Assembly: GCA_944359065.1 (NCBI GenBank)
Contig: CALVSP010000002.1
Coordinates: forward strand, 1 to 61,678
Length of the DNA: 61,678 nt
Direction of reading: 5' to 3'
DNA from: an uncultured Bacilli bacterium
GTDB lineage: Bacteria; Bacillota_I; Bacilli_A; RF39; UBA660
Below the pieces are notes generated by a model. The model did no database searches, had not been told where the DNA came from, and worked only from the letters and a program-made list of their open reading frames with translations. The number at the start of each line of letters is the position of its first letter. Within the stretch, counting starts at the first letter, position 1. The position numbers and the translations under genes were made by a program. Below are positions 48,918 through 58,585 of this stretch, piece by piece.

Positions 48918-49826
48918 CTACCTTACCCTTTCAATTATTCTTAGTTTAGCGCTTCTTGCTCTATTATTATTAATTAATTCATCTTTAGAAGGATCAATAT
49001 TTCCTACTATTTTATATTTAGGTTGATATTCAATTGGAATAATTGGTAAATTTTTTAAATTTTTATCAACCTTACTTACTTCATCAAAAATTTTCTTACA
49101 TATTTTATCTTCTAATGAATGAAAAGTAATTACTTCAATTCTGCCACCTATTTTAATCAAATCTAATGCTTGTCTTAAACTCTTTTCAAATACATTTAAT
49201 TCGTCATTTACTTCAATTCTAATGGCTTGAAATACCTTTCTTGCCGGATGCTTTTCTTTTTTATAACTAAATGGTACATTATCTTTAATTATATTAGCTA
49301 ATTCTAAAGTAGTCGTAATCGGTCTATTTTTAATAATACCTTTTGCTATCGATAAAGCATACTTTTCTTCCCCATATCTTTTAAAAATATCAACTAATTT
49401 ATTTAGCTCATAATTATTAACTACATAATAGGCATCTAATTCTTGATCTTGATTCATTCGCATATCTAATCTTGCATCTTGATGAAAACTAAATCCTCTT
49501 TCCCTTTCATCTAATTGCGGACTAGATACCCCTAAATCATATAAAATACAATCAACTTCATCAATATTTAACTTATTTAATTCCTCTTTTAAATTAACAA
49601 AATTACTATTAATTATTTTATAGTTGTTACCTATTTCTTTTAATTTTGAATTAGCATTATTAATTGCTTCTTTGTCTTGATCAAATGCATATAAATATCC
49701 CTTTTTTATTCTTTTTAATATTTCACTACTATGTCCCGCATAACCTAAAGTACAATCAACTACAACACTATCTTCCTTTAAGTTTAAATTATTGATACAT
49801 TCTTCTAATAAAACACTTATATGCAT
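48918..49826 (-). CDS. rsmH: 16S rRNA (cytosine1402-N4)-methyltransferase
   Basis: HISVLLEE, DCTLGYAGHS, DLGVSSPQLD, and a position after mraZ. Confidence 0.9.
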   Translation of the reverse strand: MHISVLLEECINNLNLKEDSVVVDCTLGYAGHSSEILKRIKKGYLYAFDQDKEAINNANSKLKEIGNNYKIINSNFVNLKEELNKLNIDEVDCILYDLGVSSPQLDERERGFSFHQDARLDMRMNQDQELDAYYVVNNYELNKLVDIFKRYGEEKYALSIAKGIIKNRPITTTLELANIIKDNVPFSYKKEKHPARKVFQAIRIEVNDELNVFEKSLRQALDLIKIGGRIEVITFHSLEDKICKKIFDEVSKVDKNLKNLPIIPIEYQPKYKIVGNIDPSKDELINNNRARSAKLRIIERVR

Positions 49827-49834
49827 AAATCACC

Positions 49835-50263
49835 TTAAATATTTGGAGCAAATAACTTATCCGCTATATCAGATATTATATCTTCATTAGCATCTAAGAA
49901 TTGTTCAAACCTTTCTTTACTCCATATTTCTAATCTTTCATTCACACCAATTATGACACATTCTTTTTTTAAATCAGCGTATTTTATAAGTGGACTAGGT
50001 ATATTTAATCTTCCTTGCTTATCAAATTCTCCTACTATCGCACCTGATAAGAAAAATCTTAAATAATTTCTAGCATCTTTCGTGTTTGGTAATTCTTTAT
50101 ATTTATTAGCAATATTATTCCATTCCTCTTTCGGATAGATAAACAAACACCCATCTAAACCTTTAGTTACAATAAATTGTTCGCCTAATTCATACCTTAA
50201 TTTTGATGGAATAGTTATTCTTCCTTTATCATCGATTGTATGATGATATTCTCCCATAAACAT
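49835..50263 (-). CDS. mraZ: Transcriptional regulator MraZ
   Basis: MFMGEYHHTIDDKGRITIPSK plus a second SpoVT/AbrB-like repeat DKQGRLNIPS. The start is moved to ATG 50263. Confidence 0.9.
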   Translation of the reverse strand: MFMGEYHHTIDDKGRITIPSKLRYELGEQFIVTKGLDGCLFIYPKEEWNNIANKYKELPNTKDARNYLRFFLSGAIVGEFDKQGRLNIPSPLIKYADLKKECVIIGVNERLEIWSKERFEQFLDANEDIISDIADKLFAPNI

Positions 50264-50271
50264 AATTATCA

Positions 50272-50298
50272 CCCACTTTTTGACACCTATTTCCACTT
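50272..50298 (-). promoter_or_regulatory. Three direct repeats at 10-bp spacing (MraZ-operator-like)
   Basis: Minus-strand AAGTGG (50298-50293), AGGTGT (50288-50283) and AAGTGG(G) (50278-50272). Confidence 0.45.
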
Positions 50299-50361
50299 CT
50301 AACCAATATTTTACTCTTTTTATTAATTTTTGTAAAGAGAAATATGTAAATTTGACAAAAT

Positions 50362-50388
50362 AAAAAGTGATTTTATAAACCACTTTTT
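50362..50388. terminator. Symmetric hairpin terminator between the pilin-like gene and mraZ
   Basis: AAAAAGTG-ATTTTATAAAC-CACTTTTT. Confidence 0.55.
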
Positions 50389-50488
50389 CTAATTATATAT
50401 TCTTGCATATATGCCCCACCTTGCCACTTTATCGGCAAGATGTGTCTTTACTTCGTTTGTACATTATTGTTATTTATACTATGTTTTC

Positions 50489-52144
50489 TTATTGCAATTC
50501 ATATGGTGAATTTGGAGTACCTTCACCTCCTGTGAAGGTTATGGCTGAAGTCCCTGACTTCAGATATATAACTGCACGGACGCCATACGTAGTCGACACC
50601 GAATTTCTACCAATGTAACCATTGTCGCGCACGTATCGAACGTCAGACGAACTAGATCTATTCATTGTCCAATAATAATATGATGCTGTTGGATTTTCGA
50701 TTGTATTTACATCAACAAATGTTTTGCTACTTGATTTACTTAAATCTATGTCATTTCCACTGAACATCTCGCCTATTGTTGGTAATCCAACACTTGCTTC
50801 CAATGTTTCATCTTGGACATCTTCATAATTTTGACCTGTTCCTGATACATATGGATAATCTCCTATATAGAATGTTTTATTTCCGGTATATCGATATGTG
50901 TTACTTATTCCATCAGCAAATGTATTAAGTGGGGTATATATTGTATGGCTTGTACTTATTGTTACTGTACTTCCATATTGACTTGTCGTTGGAAGTAAAC
51001 CATTTAGTACTACTTTGATACTATCTTCATCTTTACTTACTACTCTAAATGTACACATATTATCACTTCCACAAGCATTATCGCTTCCACTATATGGTAC
51101 ATTTATATATTCTCCCACTTGAACGTTATCTGTATTTGTTGCTTTAGTTGCTACTCGATAATTATTCATAAGGGTACCATCCCCTCCGGTGATGGTTATA
51201 TCAGAAATTTTTATAACTGCACGGACGCCATTCGCACCCGACACCAAATGACTACCAATGCTACCATTGCTGAAGACGCTCCGAACGTCAGACGAACTAT
51301 ATCTATTTCTTAACCAAAAATAATCTTTTATATCTAAGAATGAATCAGCACTTCCTGCTCTTTCATATTGGTTTTTATCTAATAATCCTACTTTTTTAGT
51401 TGTTGTTATTTCGCTAACATTATTGTAAATACCAACATTAAATGTTGAATCTTGAATAGTTGCTTGAATACTACTATCCAAACTATTCCAAAAATAATCA
51501 TTTAACCAATTATTTATATAACTTGATTCATATTCTTCTTGCGATTCCCATACTGCACTTGCTGGTGAAATTGTTGTTAATGGTTGTTGCGTTATGAGTG
51601 TTAATGTTTTAGCAGATGTATCAAACTCTAATACTCGCCATTGGTGGCCTCCATACCACAAATAATTGTTTGCCACTTCTTCATTTGTTCCTTTGTAATA
51701 ATATAAATTAGGATTTGTACTATCTTTTACTAAGCCTGTTGTATTATCAGGATTATATTGTTTTAATAATGTTTCTATAAAATTAGTTGGTATTTTACAT
51801 TCTTCATTATATTCAAATATATATTGACTAATAGTACTATCCCAACGATATAACACACAACCTTTAAGTTCTTCATTTGTCACTGGATTAATTAACTTAT
51901 TATTTAAAAATCCATTTGATATCAAAGTAGTTAAAGATAACACCTTATATTCAGTTGGATAACCAATATCATTTTCAACACTATAATTATAAGCTGCTTC
52001 TTCAATACCATCTATTGTTCGTTCTAAAGCTTTTTCTTTGCTACTTTTAATAGATTTATCTATTAGTGGAAATGTTATTAATGCTATTACACCTAATATT
52101 ATAATAACTCCTAATAATTCAACTAACGTAAAACCTTTTTTCAT
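50489..52144 (-). CDS. Prepilin-type N-terminal cleavage/methylation-domain protein, unusually large
   Basis: MKKG|FTLVELLGVIIILGVIALI is followed by a 520-aa body with two copies of a Y(F/Y)W...SSSDVR...GVRAVI module. Confidence 0.7.
   Translation of the reverse strand: MKKGFTLVELLGVIIILGVIALITFPLIDKSIKSSKEKALERTIDGIEEAAYNYSVENDIGYPTEYKVLSLTTLISNGFLNNKLINPVTNEELKGCVLYRWDSTISQYIFEYNEECKIPTNFIETLLKQYNPDNTTGLVKDSTNPNLYYYKGTNEEVANNYLWYGGHQWRVLEFDTSAKTLTLITQQPLTTISPASAVWESQEEYESSYINNWLNDYFWNSLDSSIQATIQDSTFNVGIYNNVSEITTTKKVGLLDKNQYERAGSADSFLDIKDYFWLRNRYSSSDVRSVFSNGSIGSHLVSGANGVRAVIKISDITITGGDGTLMNNYRVATKATNTDNVQVGEYINVPYSGSDNACGSDNMCTFRVVSKDEDSIKVVLNGLLPTTSQYGSTVTISTSHTIYTPLNTFADGISNTYRYTGNKTFYIGDYPYVSGTGQNYEDVQDETLEASVGLPTIGEMFSGNDIDLSKSSSKTFVDVNTIENPTASYYYWTMNRSSSSDVRYVRDNGYIGRNSVSTTYGVRAVIYLKSGTSAITFTGGEGTPNSPYELQ
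50568..50654. repeat. GC-rich intragenic repeat, copy B
   Basis: It shares two exact 18-mers with copy A, ATAACTGCACGGACGCCA and CGAACGTCAGACGAACTA, at the same 69-nt spacing. Confidence 0.85.
51213..51299. repeat. GC-rich intragenic repeat, copy A
   Basis: See copy B. The two copies are offset by 645 nt, which is in frame. Confidence 0.85.
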
Positions 52145-52189
52145 ACCATCACCTATTATTAATTATATAATATAAATTATTTTAAGTCA

Positions 52190-52211
52190 ATTAAAAAGAG
52201 GAATTTTCCTC
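52190..52211 (-). terminator. Hairpin terminator after the tiny-gene pair
   Basis: AAGAGGAA-AA-TTCCTCTT followed by TTT on the minus strand. Confidence 0.55.
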
Positions 52212-52313
52212 TTAATAAAGACATGCACCTAAAATAATAGCTAACAAAATATATAATACAATTATAATAACATAGTTATTATTTTTGCACGCACAAGTAT
52301 TTTTTTCACACAT
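52212..52313 (-). CDS. Unannotated 33-aa tiny TM protein (MCEKNTCACKNNNYVIIIVLYILLAIILGACLY)
   Basis: The RBS AAAGGAG lies 8 nt upstream of the ATG. The hydrophobic tail resembles the neighbouring tiny gene. Confidence 0.45.
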   Translation of the reverse strand: MCEKNTCACKNNNYVIIIVLYILLAIILGACLY

Positions 52314-52331
52314 AAATATTACTCCTTTATA

Positions 52332-52418
52332 CTAAATGTATGCTCCAAGTATAATTATTAAAAGAATAAAAAGTACTAAAACGATAGCAGCACCAGAAAT
52401 TCCGTTATTACAACACAT
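52332..52418 (-). CDS. Unannotated 28-aa YjcZ-like tiny TM (sporulation-type) protein (MCCNNGISGAAIVLVLFILLIIILGAYI)
   Basis: The RBS AAAGGAGGA is upstream. The VLFILLIII-G core matches the YjcZ/tiny-TM family as I remember it. Confidence 0.55.
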   Translation of the reverse strand: MCCNNGISGAAIVLVLFILLIIILGAYI

Positions 52419-52559
52419 TATAAATCATCCTCCTTTTTGTCTTTTCACATTATTGTATGGATTTTTGAAAGTTTTGTGATAGATATTGAAAAAATATTGT
52501 TTTTTTTATTTTAATTTGTTATAATTATTTTGCAAGTAATAAAAGAAAGGATTTAGGAT

Positions 52560-53534
52560 ATGAAAAAGAAATATTTATTACTATTATTGTGTTTACCACT
52601 TTTAGTTACTGGATGTAAATACGAACCAAAACTAGTTGATGGTAAAGAAGTTGTTGTAGAATTAGATGGTAAACAATTTACCGCAGAAGAATTTTATGAA
52701 GAAATGAAAGAAATTAATGGAACAGGAGTATTAATCAATTTAGTTAATAATTATATTACTGAAAAAGAATTAACTGAAGAAATGGAAAAAGACGCTTTAG
52801 AAGAAGCACAAGCACAATATGATTCATACTATGCTAGTGCAGGAAGTGAATGGAATAGTTTCCTATCATATTATAACTATAGTAGTTCTGAAGCCTTCTT
52901 AAAAGATTTACAAGATAGCTACAAACAAAGTGCTGTATTAGAAAATTACTTAAAAACTGATGTCATCAAAGAAGAAGATATTAATGAATATTATGAAAAT
53001 GATATTTATGGTGAAGTAACAGTAAGACACATATTAATTAAACCTGATGTTGATGATGATATGACTGATACGGAAAAAGAAGAAGCTAAAAGAAAAGCTT
53101 TAGAAGAAGCGAATGATATAATTAAAAAATTAGGTAACACTGATAATGTAGAAGAAAAGTTTATCGAACTTGCTAAAGATGAATCAGATGATACAACTGC
53201 TAGTGAAGGTGGCTTAATTGAAAACTTTACTAACGAAAGTGGTTTAGTTGAAGAATTTTGGGAAGCATCTTTAAAACTTGAAAATGGTAAATACACTACT
53301 GAACCAGTTGAAACAGAATATGGATATCATATAATCTATAAAGTTAGTCAAAAAGAAAAACCTGCTTTAGAAGATGTTAAAGAAAAAATATTAGATAATC
53401 TAGTTGATGAATTATTAAGTGAAGATAATGCTAATTTAATTTATTGGGCTGGATTAAGAGAAAAATACAATATGAATATTCTTGATGAAGTAATTAAAGA
53501 TACATATGATTCTACAATGAAATTATACAAATAA
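52560..53534 (+). CDS. prsA: Foldase lipoprotein PrsA (parvulin-type PPIase)
   Basis: Lipobox LVTGCK. PPIC domain VRHILIK...GGLI...YGYHIIYK. Confidence 0.85.
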   Translation: MKKKYLLLLLCLPLLVTGCKYEPKLVDGKEVVVELDGKQFTAEEFYEEMKEINGTGVLINLVNNYITEKELTEEMEKDALEEAQAQYDSYYASAGSEWNSFLSYYNYSSSEAFLKDLQDSYKQSAVLENYLKTDVIKEEDINEYYENDIYGEVTVRHILIKPDVDDDMTDTEKEEAKRKALEEANDIIKKLGNTDNVEEKFIELAKDESDDTTASEGGLIENFTNESGLVEEFWEASLKLENGKYTTEPVETEYGYHIIYKVSQKEKPALEDVKEKILDNLVDELLSEDNANLIYWAGLREKYNMNILDEVIKDTYDSTMKLYK

Positions 53535-53560
53535 AAAGATATCAAAGCGATATCTTTTTT
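53535..53560. terminator. Bidirectional terminator between prsA and the M23 peptidase gene
   Basis: AAAGATATC-AAAGC-GATATCTTT plus a T-run. Confidence 0.65.
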
Positions 53561-54788
53561 AGTATTTTGTAACTCTATCATACCAATAAGAATTAACTCT
53601 AGATGGAAAATTAATGCTTATAGATGGATCATATCTTTTACTATAATATGTTACATTATTTAAATTTTCAAAACTACCAGTAGATATTTCTAGATGCAAA
53701 TGTCCACCTGTGGAGCAATTATCATATGATTCAAATCCACCTACTATACCTATTACTGTATCTTTTGTAACAACTTGACCCTCTTTTACATTTATACTAT
53801 GCATATGTAAATATCCTGTAGTATATAATTTACCATTAACATTATGTTGAATATAAACTTTAATACCACCACATTGTTTACCATTTACTAAATTAAGTGG
53901 TACAACTGATATAACCATACCATTAGCAACAGCATAAACAGGTGTTGTTCCAGCATTAGCATTATAAGTAGTTAAATCCATTCCATAGTGATAACAACTT
54001 ACACCATTACCACAAGGTCTTCGAGGTCCATATAAACCTAAAGTACCTGAAATCATTCCTTCTTTTAATGGACGCCAGAAACTAGTATCTGGAGGTAAGA
54101 AGTTTTTACCACATACTTCAATATCTTCATCATCTTTACAACCGTGATCCTCATATAATTTAATTTGTGATTCGTGAACTTTAATTAATTCTTCAATTGA
54201 TAAAGCCTCTTCATCTATTTCTTGTAAATTAGCCTTTATTTTATTTAATTCAACTGTTAATTCTTCTTGTTTTTCCGCAAGTTCAACCTTTTTAGTTGCT
54301 AATTCTTCAGTCTTCTTTTTATTATCTTCAATATTTTTCTTATTTTTTTCAATTAACTCTTCATTATAACTTGTCAATTGTTCTGAAACAGCAATACGAT
54401 AAATAAAATCGGTAAATGTTTTAGCTCCGAAAGCATATTCTAAATACGCTGATTCACCATTTTGAATTTGCGTAAATGATAGAATATTTTTTATTTCTTC
54501 TTCATCTTCAGCAATTTCTTGAGTTAAAACTTCTATTTCGTTATTTAATCTTTTGATGTCCTCACCTGCTTGATAAATACTATTGTTGATAGAATTTATA
54601 TTGGCTTCAATTTCTTGTTTTTCTTTTTCACTTAATTCTTTTTCTAATTTATTTTGTTCGTATTGTTCTTTAAATTCTTCTAATTCCTTCTTCATATCGC
54701 CTAAAGTTTTAGCCTCGGCAACTGGTACATATAAATTAGAAATTATCAAACAAAACATAAAAATTATATATAAAACTTTTTTTACCAT
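53559..54788 (-). CDS. M23-family peptidase with N-terminal coiled coil
   Basis: HYGMDL, GYLHMH and GGHLHLE, with a long coiled coil at aa 30-210. Confidence 0.85.
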   Translation of the reverse strand: MVKKVLYIIFMFCLIISNLYVPVAEAKTLGDMKKELEEFKEQYEQNKLEKELSEKEKQEIEANINSINNSIYQAGEDIKRLNNEIEVLTQEIAEDEEEIKNILSFTQIQNGESAYLEYAFGAKTFTDFIYRIAVSEQLTSYNEELIEKNKKNIEDNKKKTEELATKKVELAEKQEELTVELNKIKANLQEIDEEALSIEELIKVHESQIKLYEDHGCKDDEDIEVCGKNFLPPDTSFWRPLKEGMISGTLGLYGPRRPCGNGVSCYHYGMDLTTYNANAGTTPVYAVANGMVISVVPLNLVNGKQCGGIKVYIQHNVNGKLYTTGYLHMHSINVKEGQVVTKDTVIGIVGGFESYDNCSTGGHLHLEISTGSFENLNNVTYYSKRYDPSISINFPSRVNSYWYDRVTKY

Positions 54789-54895
54789 ACTAAATACATC
54801 ATCTCCTATTAAACATTATATCATATTTTTGCAATTTTTTTAAATTTTTTTTATCCATTTACATTCACATATGTTATAATGAATTTGGTGATTAT

Positions 54896-55906
54896 ATGAA
54901 CAAGGTAAAATATTTAACAAGAGTAGTAAGTGGAATGCACTACGATCAATTTTTTAAAACAGTTAATGAAATCCACGACATTAACAAGAAAAACAAATTT
55001 CTAATTTTTAGTGATATGGTATGGTGTGGTATCAGATATGGTGCGGGATATCACGACTACAAAATATTTGAATTTTATAATATGAAACATAAAAATAGAG
55101 ATACTTATGTTACAAGAGTAAGAAACAAAAAAATTATTATGGCTTTAAATAATCAAGAATTTTCCGACATAATCGATAAAAAAAATCTATTCGATAAAAG
55201 ATTTAAAAAATATTTAAAAAGAGAAGTTATCGATATTGACGAAACTGATTTAAAAGAATTTAAAAAATTTATGAAAAATAAAGATGTTGTCTTTGCTAAG
55301 CCATTTAATTTAGATAGTGGTCGAGGAATTGAAAAATTAAATAAAAAAGATTTTAAAGATTTAGAAGAAATGTATGATTACATAAAATCTAAAAATTTAA
55401 GAATGATAGAAGAAGTTATTAAACAACATAAAGATATGAATAAATTATATCCAAATGCAGTAAATTGTATGAGAATAGTTACATTAGTTGATAATGGTAA
55501 ACCAGAAATAGTATATGCTGTATCAAAAAGTGGTTCTGGAGGTCATTATTTAGATAATATGGGATTTGAAGGAATATGTGCTCCTATCGATTTAAAAACT
55601 GGTAAAATTAGAGGTATTGGTCATTCTGAAAGTGGACATACTTATGTTAAACATCCTGATACTAATGTTAAATTTGAAGGTTTTCAAATTCCTATGTTTA
55701 AGGAAGCTATTGAATTAGTTAAAAAAGCCGCTTTAGAAGTTCCTGAAATAAAATATGTTGGTTGGGATGTATTTATCGGTGAAGATGGTCCTGGTATAAT
55801 CGAAGGAAATGATTACCCTGATTATACATTCTGGCAATTACCTGAACATACACCAGATAGAATTGGTTTAATGCCTTATTATAAAACAAAAATACCTAAA
55901 TTATAG
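54896..55906 (+). CDS. ATP-grasp protein (sugar-transfer-associated ATP-grasp-like)
   Basis: 336 aa. The AKPFNLDSGRGIEK, CMRIVTL and IEGNDYPD pattern resembles that family. Confidence 0.5.
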   Translation: MNKVKYLTRVVSGMHYDQFFKTVNEIHDINKKNKFLIFSDMVWCGIRYGAGYHDYKIFEFYNMKHKNRDTYVTRVRNKKIIMALNNQEFSDIIDKKNLFDKRFKKYLKREVIDIDETDLKEFKKFMKNKDVVFAKPFNLDSGRGIEKLNKKDFKDLEEMYDYIKSKNLRMIEEVIKQHKDMNKLYPNAVNCMRIVTLVDNGKPEIVYAVSKSGSGGHYLDNMGFEGICAPIDLKTGKIRGIGHSESGHTYVKHPDTNVKFEGFQIPMFKEAIELVKKAALEVPEIKYVGWDVFIGEDGPGIIEGNDYPDYTFWQLPEHTPDRIGLMPYYKTKIPKL

Positions 55907-55911
55907 GTATT

Positions 55912-56319
55912 TTATTTTTCTAATTTTTCTAATATTTGTTTAGTAACTTCGATAGTTTTTAATCTTACTGAATCGGCAGCTTTTTCTAAAACAGGAGTTC
56001 CTTTTTCAATAGCATAATTAACTAATTCTTCAGCTTTAACTTGTAAATCATTAGCTTTCTTTTTAGCAACTTTTAAAACTTTTTCTTTATCTAAATCTTC
56101 TAATTCTGCTTTAATTTCTTCAATTTTAGTTTCAATTGTCTCTTTTACTTCGTCAACATCAACTTCTTTTGCTTTAGCTAATAATTCGTCAAATTTTAAT
56201 TTTAATTCTTTTCTTGTTTCAGATCCTTTTTTAGGAGCAAATAAAATTCCTAATCCTGCTCCAATACCAGCACCTAATAAAAACTTACCAAAACCTTTTT
56301 TCTTACTCATCTTTATCAC
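55912..56319 (-). CDS. YtxH-domain protein
   Basis: GAGIGAGLGILFAPKKGSETRKEL. Confidence 0.75.
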   Translation of the reverse strand: MIKMSKKKGFGKFLLGAGIGAGLGILFAPKKGSETRKELKLKFDELLAKAKEVDVDEVKETIETKIEEIKAELEDLDKEKVLKVAKKKANDLQVKAEELVNYAIEKGTPVLEKAADSVRLKTIEVTKQILEKLEK

Positions 56320-56590
56320 CTTTCTTCTTTCTGTTTAATAACCAAGTAATTCCATTGGAAATACCTGCTGCTATTTTATCACTAAAAGTATTAATTACAT
56401 CAGTTGTATTATCGATAATATCGAATAAACCATTTAATTTATTAACTTTATAATCAACATCATCGATTACTTTATTTACTTTCTTTAATGTTTTAATCAA
56501 ATTAACCATAGCAATAGTTGTCGTTATTATTAGTATAATCAAAGAAATAAATAATATTACAACAAATAATTCTTTTACATCAACTACCAT
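56303..56590 (-). CDS. DUF948-like membrane protein
   Basis: 95 aa with an N-terminal TM and a helical region. It sits directly upstream of, and overlaps, the YtxH gene, a common gene pair. Confidence 0.55.
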   Translation of the reverse strand: MVVDVKELFVVILFISLIILIITTTIAMVNLIKTLKKVNKVIDDVDYKVNKLNGLFDIIDNTTDVINTFSDKIAAGISNGITWLLNRKKKGDKDE

Positions 56591-57216
56591 TATTGTTCTC
56601 CTTTCTCGTACATACTATCGATTAGATCAAACAATTCACTTTCCGTCATTGGTTTTTTATCCAATTCATCTTTTACTATATTGTTTTCGATTCCTTCATC
56701 GATAATATCAATATTTTCTTCTTTATCTATTAATTCATCAAATAAATCAGCTTCTTCTTTTTCGTCTTTAATTACTAAACTATTTAAAGTGTTTTCTAAT
56801 TCATCTTCTAAAGTTCCATAAGCTTTTTTTCTAACTTCATCGATTGTTATTGAAGTATTAGTGTAATAACTTACTTTTTCTTTTTTAGGTTTAATATCTT
56901 CTTTATTATAGTTTTTATCTAGTACACCATAGACTGGAGAAATAATTGGAGTTGGTTTAAAGACTCTTTTTTCTTCTTTTATTATTTTTGGTTGTTCTTT
57001 TAAATAACTAGATTTAACTTCTTTTTTAGGTTGTTCTAGTTCTTTAAAATAATCATCATCAAAAAATATTGGTGCTTTAGGCTCTTCTTTTACAATCTTT
57101 GGTTCTTCCTTTTTTTCTTCTTTTGCAGGAGCTGGTATTTCTACTTGAATAACTTCACTTTTAACAGGTTCATCTTCTTCTGTAAATAAATTTTTAACTT
57201 TATCAAATAACCCCAT
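56590..57216 (-). CDS. Hypothetical Lys/Glu-rich protein with N-terminal amphipathic helix
   Basis: It starts MGLFDKVKNLF and has low-complexity KE-rich linkers. Confidence 0.45.
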   Translation of the reverse strand: MGLFDKVKNLFTEEDEPVKSEVIQVEIPAPAKEEKKEEPKIVKEEPKAPIFFDDDYFKELEQPKKEVKSSYLKEQPKIIKEEKRVFKPTPIISPVYGVLDKNYNKEDIKPKKEKVSYYTNTSITIDEVRKKAYGTLEDELENTLNSLVIKDEKEEADLFDELIDKEENIDIIDEGIENNIVKDELDKKPMTESELFDLIDSMYEKGEQ

Positions 57217-57824
57217 TATTCCACCTCATCTTCTAGTTTTAAAAAGTCATTGCTTTCTTTTTTAGATGTGAATATATCATATTTTTCTTCACTAACTAAA
57301 AAGTCATCATCTAACATTATTTTAATTATATTGTCATTAAATTTAATCGTCGATAAAATATAAGTCATATTTAAAACGACATCATTAATATTTTCTAAAT
57401 CTGTTTCTACTTCCATTTTTGAATAATTATACATAAATTCAACAAAATATCGGCCATTTTTTTGTTCGTTAATTTCTAAATATCCAGTCTTACCATTAAT
57501 ATCTATTTTTTTTGAATAATAAGCTTCATTATTTTCTTGATAATCTTTTACTACATCATAATAATAACTTATAACATCAATATATAAATAATAATAATCT
57601 CCATTAGAATATAAAACATCGTTATAATCATTAGTATCCATATAAGATACACCTCTTGGAACATAATATTTATATCCTTTTCCGATTTGATTATATAAAT
57701 TATTATCTTTCGATAAAACAACTTCTACTATATTATCTATATTACTAGTATCAATTCTTACTATCGAACAACCACATAATAAAAGCAGTAAACTAAGTAG
57801 CAGTATTTTCTTCACTCGTCTCAC
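57216..57824 (-). CDS. Lipoprotein, hypothetical
   Basis: Lipobox LLCGCS. Confidence 0.5.
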   Translation of the reverse strand: MRRVKKILLLSLLLLLCGCSIVRIDTSNIDNIVEVVLSKDNNLYNQIGKGYKYYVPRGVSYMDTNDYNDVLYSNGDYYYLYIDVISYYYDVVKDYQENNEAYYSKKIDINGKTGYLEINEQKNGRYFVEFMYNYSKMEVETDLENINDVVLNMTYILSTIKFNDNIIKIMLDDDFLVSEEKYDIFTSKKESNDFLKLEDEVE

Positions 57825-57866
57825 CTACTTATATATATTATAGCAGAGTTTTCAATATTTTGGCAA

Positions 57867-58511
57867 TTATTTTTGTGAAATTTTATGGATAACTTTTAAT
57901 TTGTAAATAGGTAGTCCTAAACTAACAAATTTTTTTTCATATTCGGTTTGAATATTATCCTCATTTAAATTAGAATATAAATCTAATTTAACTTCTTCAA
58001 ACATATAATCTTGACCGCTAAATGTAATTAAAGAATATTCAAATAAGTTTTTATTATCTGTCTTCATTTCTAAAACATAGTCACCTTTAAATATTTTACT
58101 ATATTTCTCTAAAAATATTGGACTAGTTAATCTTCTATTAGCGTGTTTTTTCTTTGGCCAAGGATCGGAAAAATTTAAATAAATTTTACTAATTTCTTTA
58201 TCAAATACTTCATCAATTTCATTTGCATCCATACAGATAATTTTTAAATTATCCAATTTAAAATTATTTAATTTTTTAAAAGCACTTAATAAAACTGTGG
58301 GATACTTTTCAATACCTATATAATTTATATTAGGATTAGCTAAAGCTTTATTTATAATAAAATTACCTTTACCCATCCCTATTTCAATTTCGATATTATG
58401 TTTATTTTTAAATAATTTATTAAATTTACCTTTATGTTCAGTAGGATTATCTATATAGTATTCACTTTTACTTATTATATCTTGTGCTCCTTTTTTATTT
58501 CTTAATCGCAT
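57867..58511 (-). CDS. trmB: tRNA (guanine46-N7)-methyltransferase
   Basis: EIGMGKGNF and NFSDPWPKKKH. Confidence 0.9.
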   Translation of the reverse strand: MRLRNKKGAQDIISKSEYYIDNPTEHKGKFNKLFKNKHNIEIEIGMGKGNFIINKALANPNINYIGIEKYPTVLLSAFKKLNNFKLDNLKIICMDANEIDEVFDKEISKIYLNFSDPWPKKKHANRRLTSPIFLEKYSKIFKGDYVLEMKTDNKNLFEYSLITFSGQDYMFEEVKLDLYSNLNEDNIQTEYEKKFVSLGLPIYKLKVIHKISQK

Positions 58512-58585
58512 AACATCACCTTTTAATATTATACACCATTTTTTTAATAAAGCATATAATTAATTAGAAACAAAGGAGGAAACTT

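Noticed and set aside
50489-52144. The GC-rich repeats near the C-terminus of the pilin-like protein might be a diversity-generating retroelement VR/TR pair.
   Set aside because: The differences between the two copies are not restricted to adenine positions of one copy; all substitution types occur. Both copies are in-frame coding modules of the same gene. No reverse transcriptase or accessory gene is present in the window.
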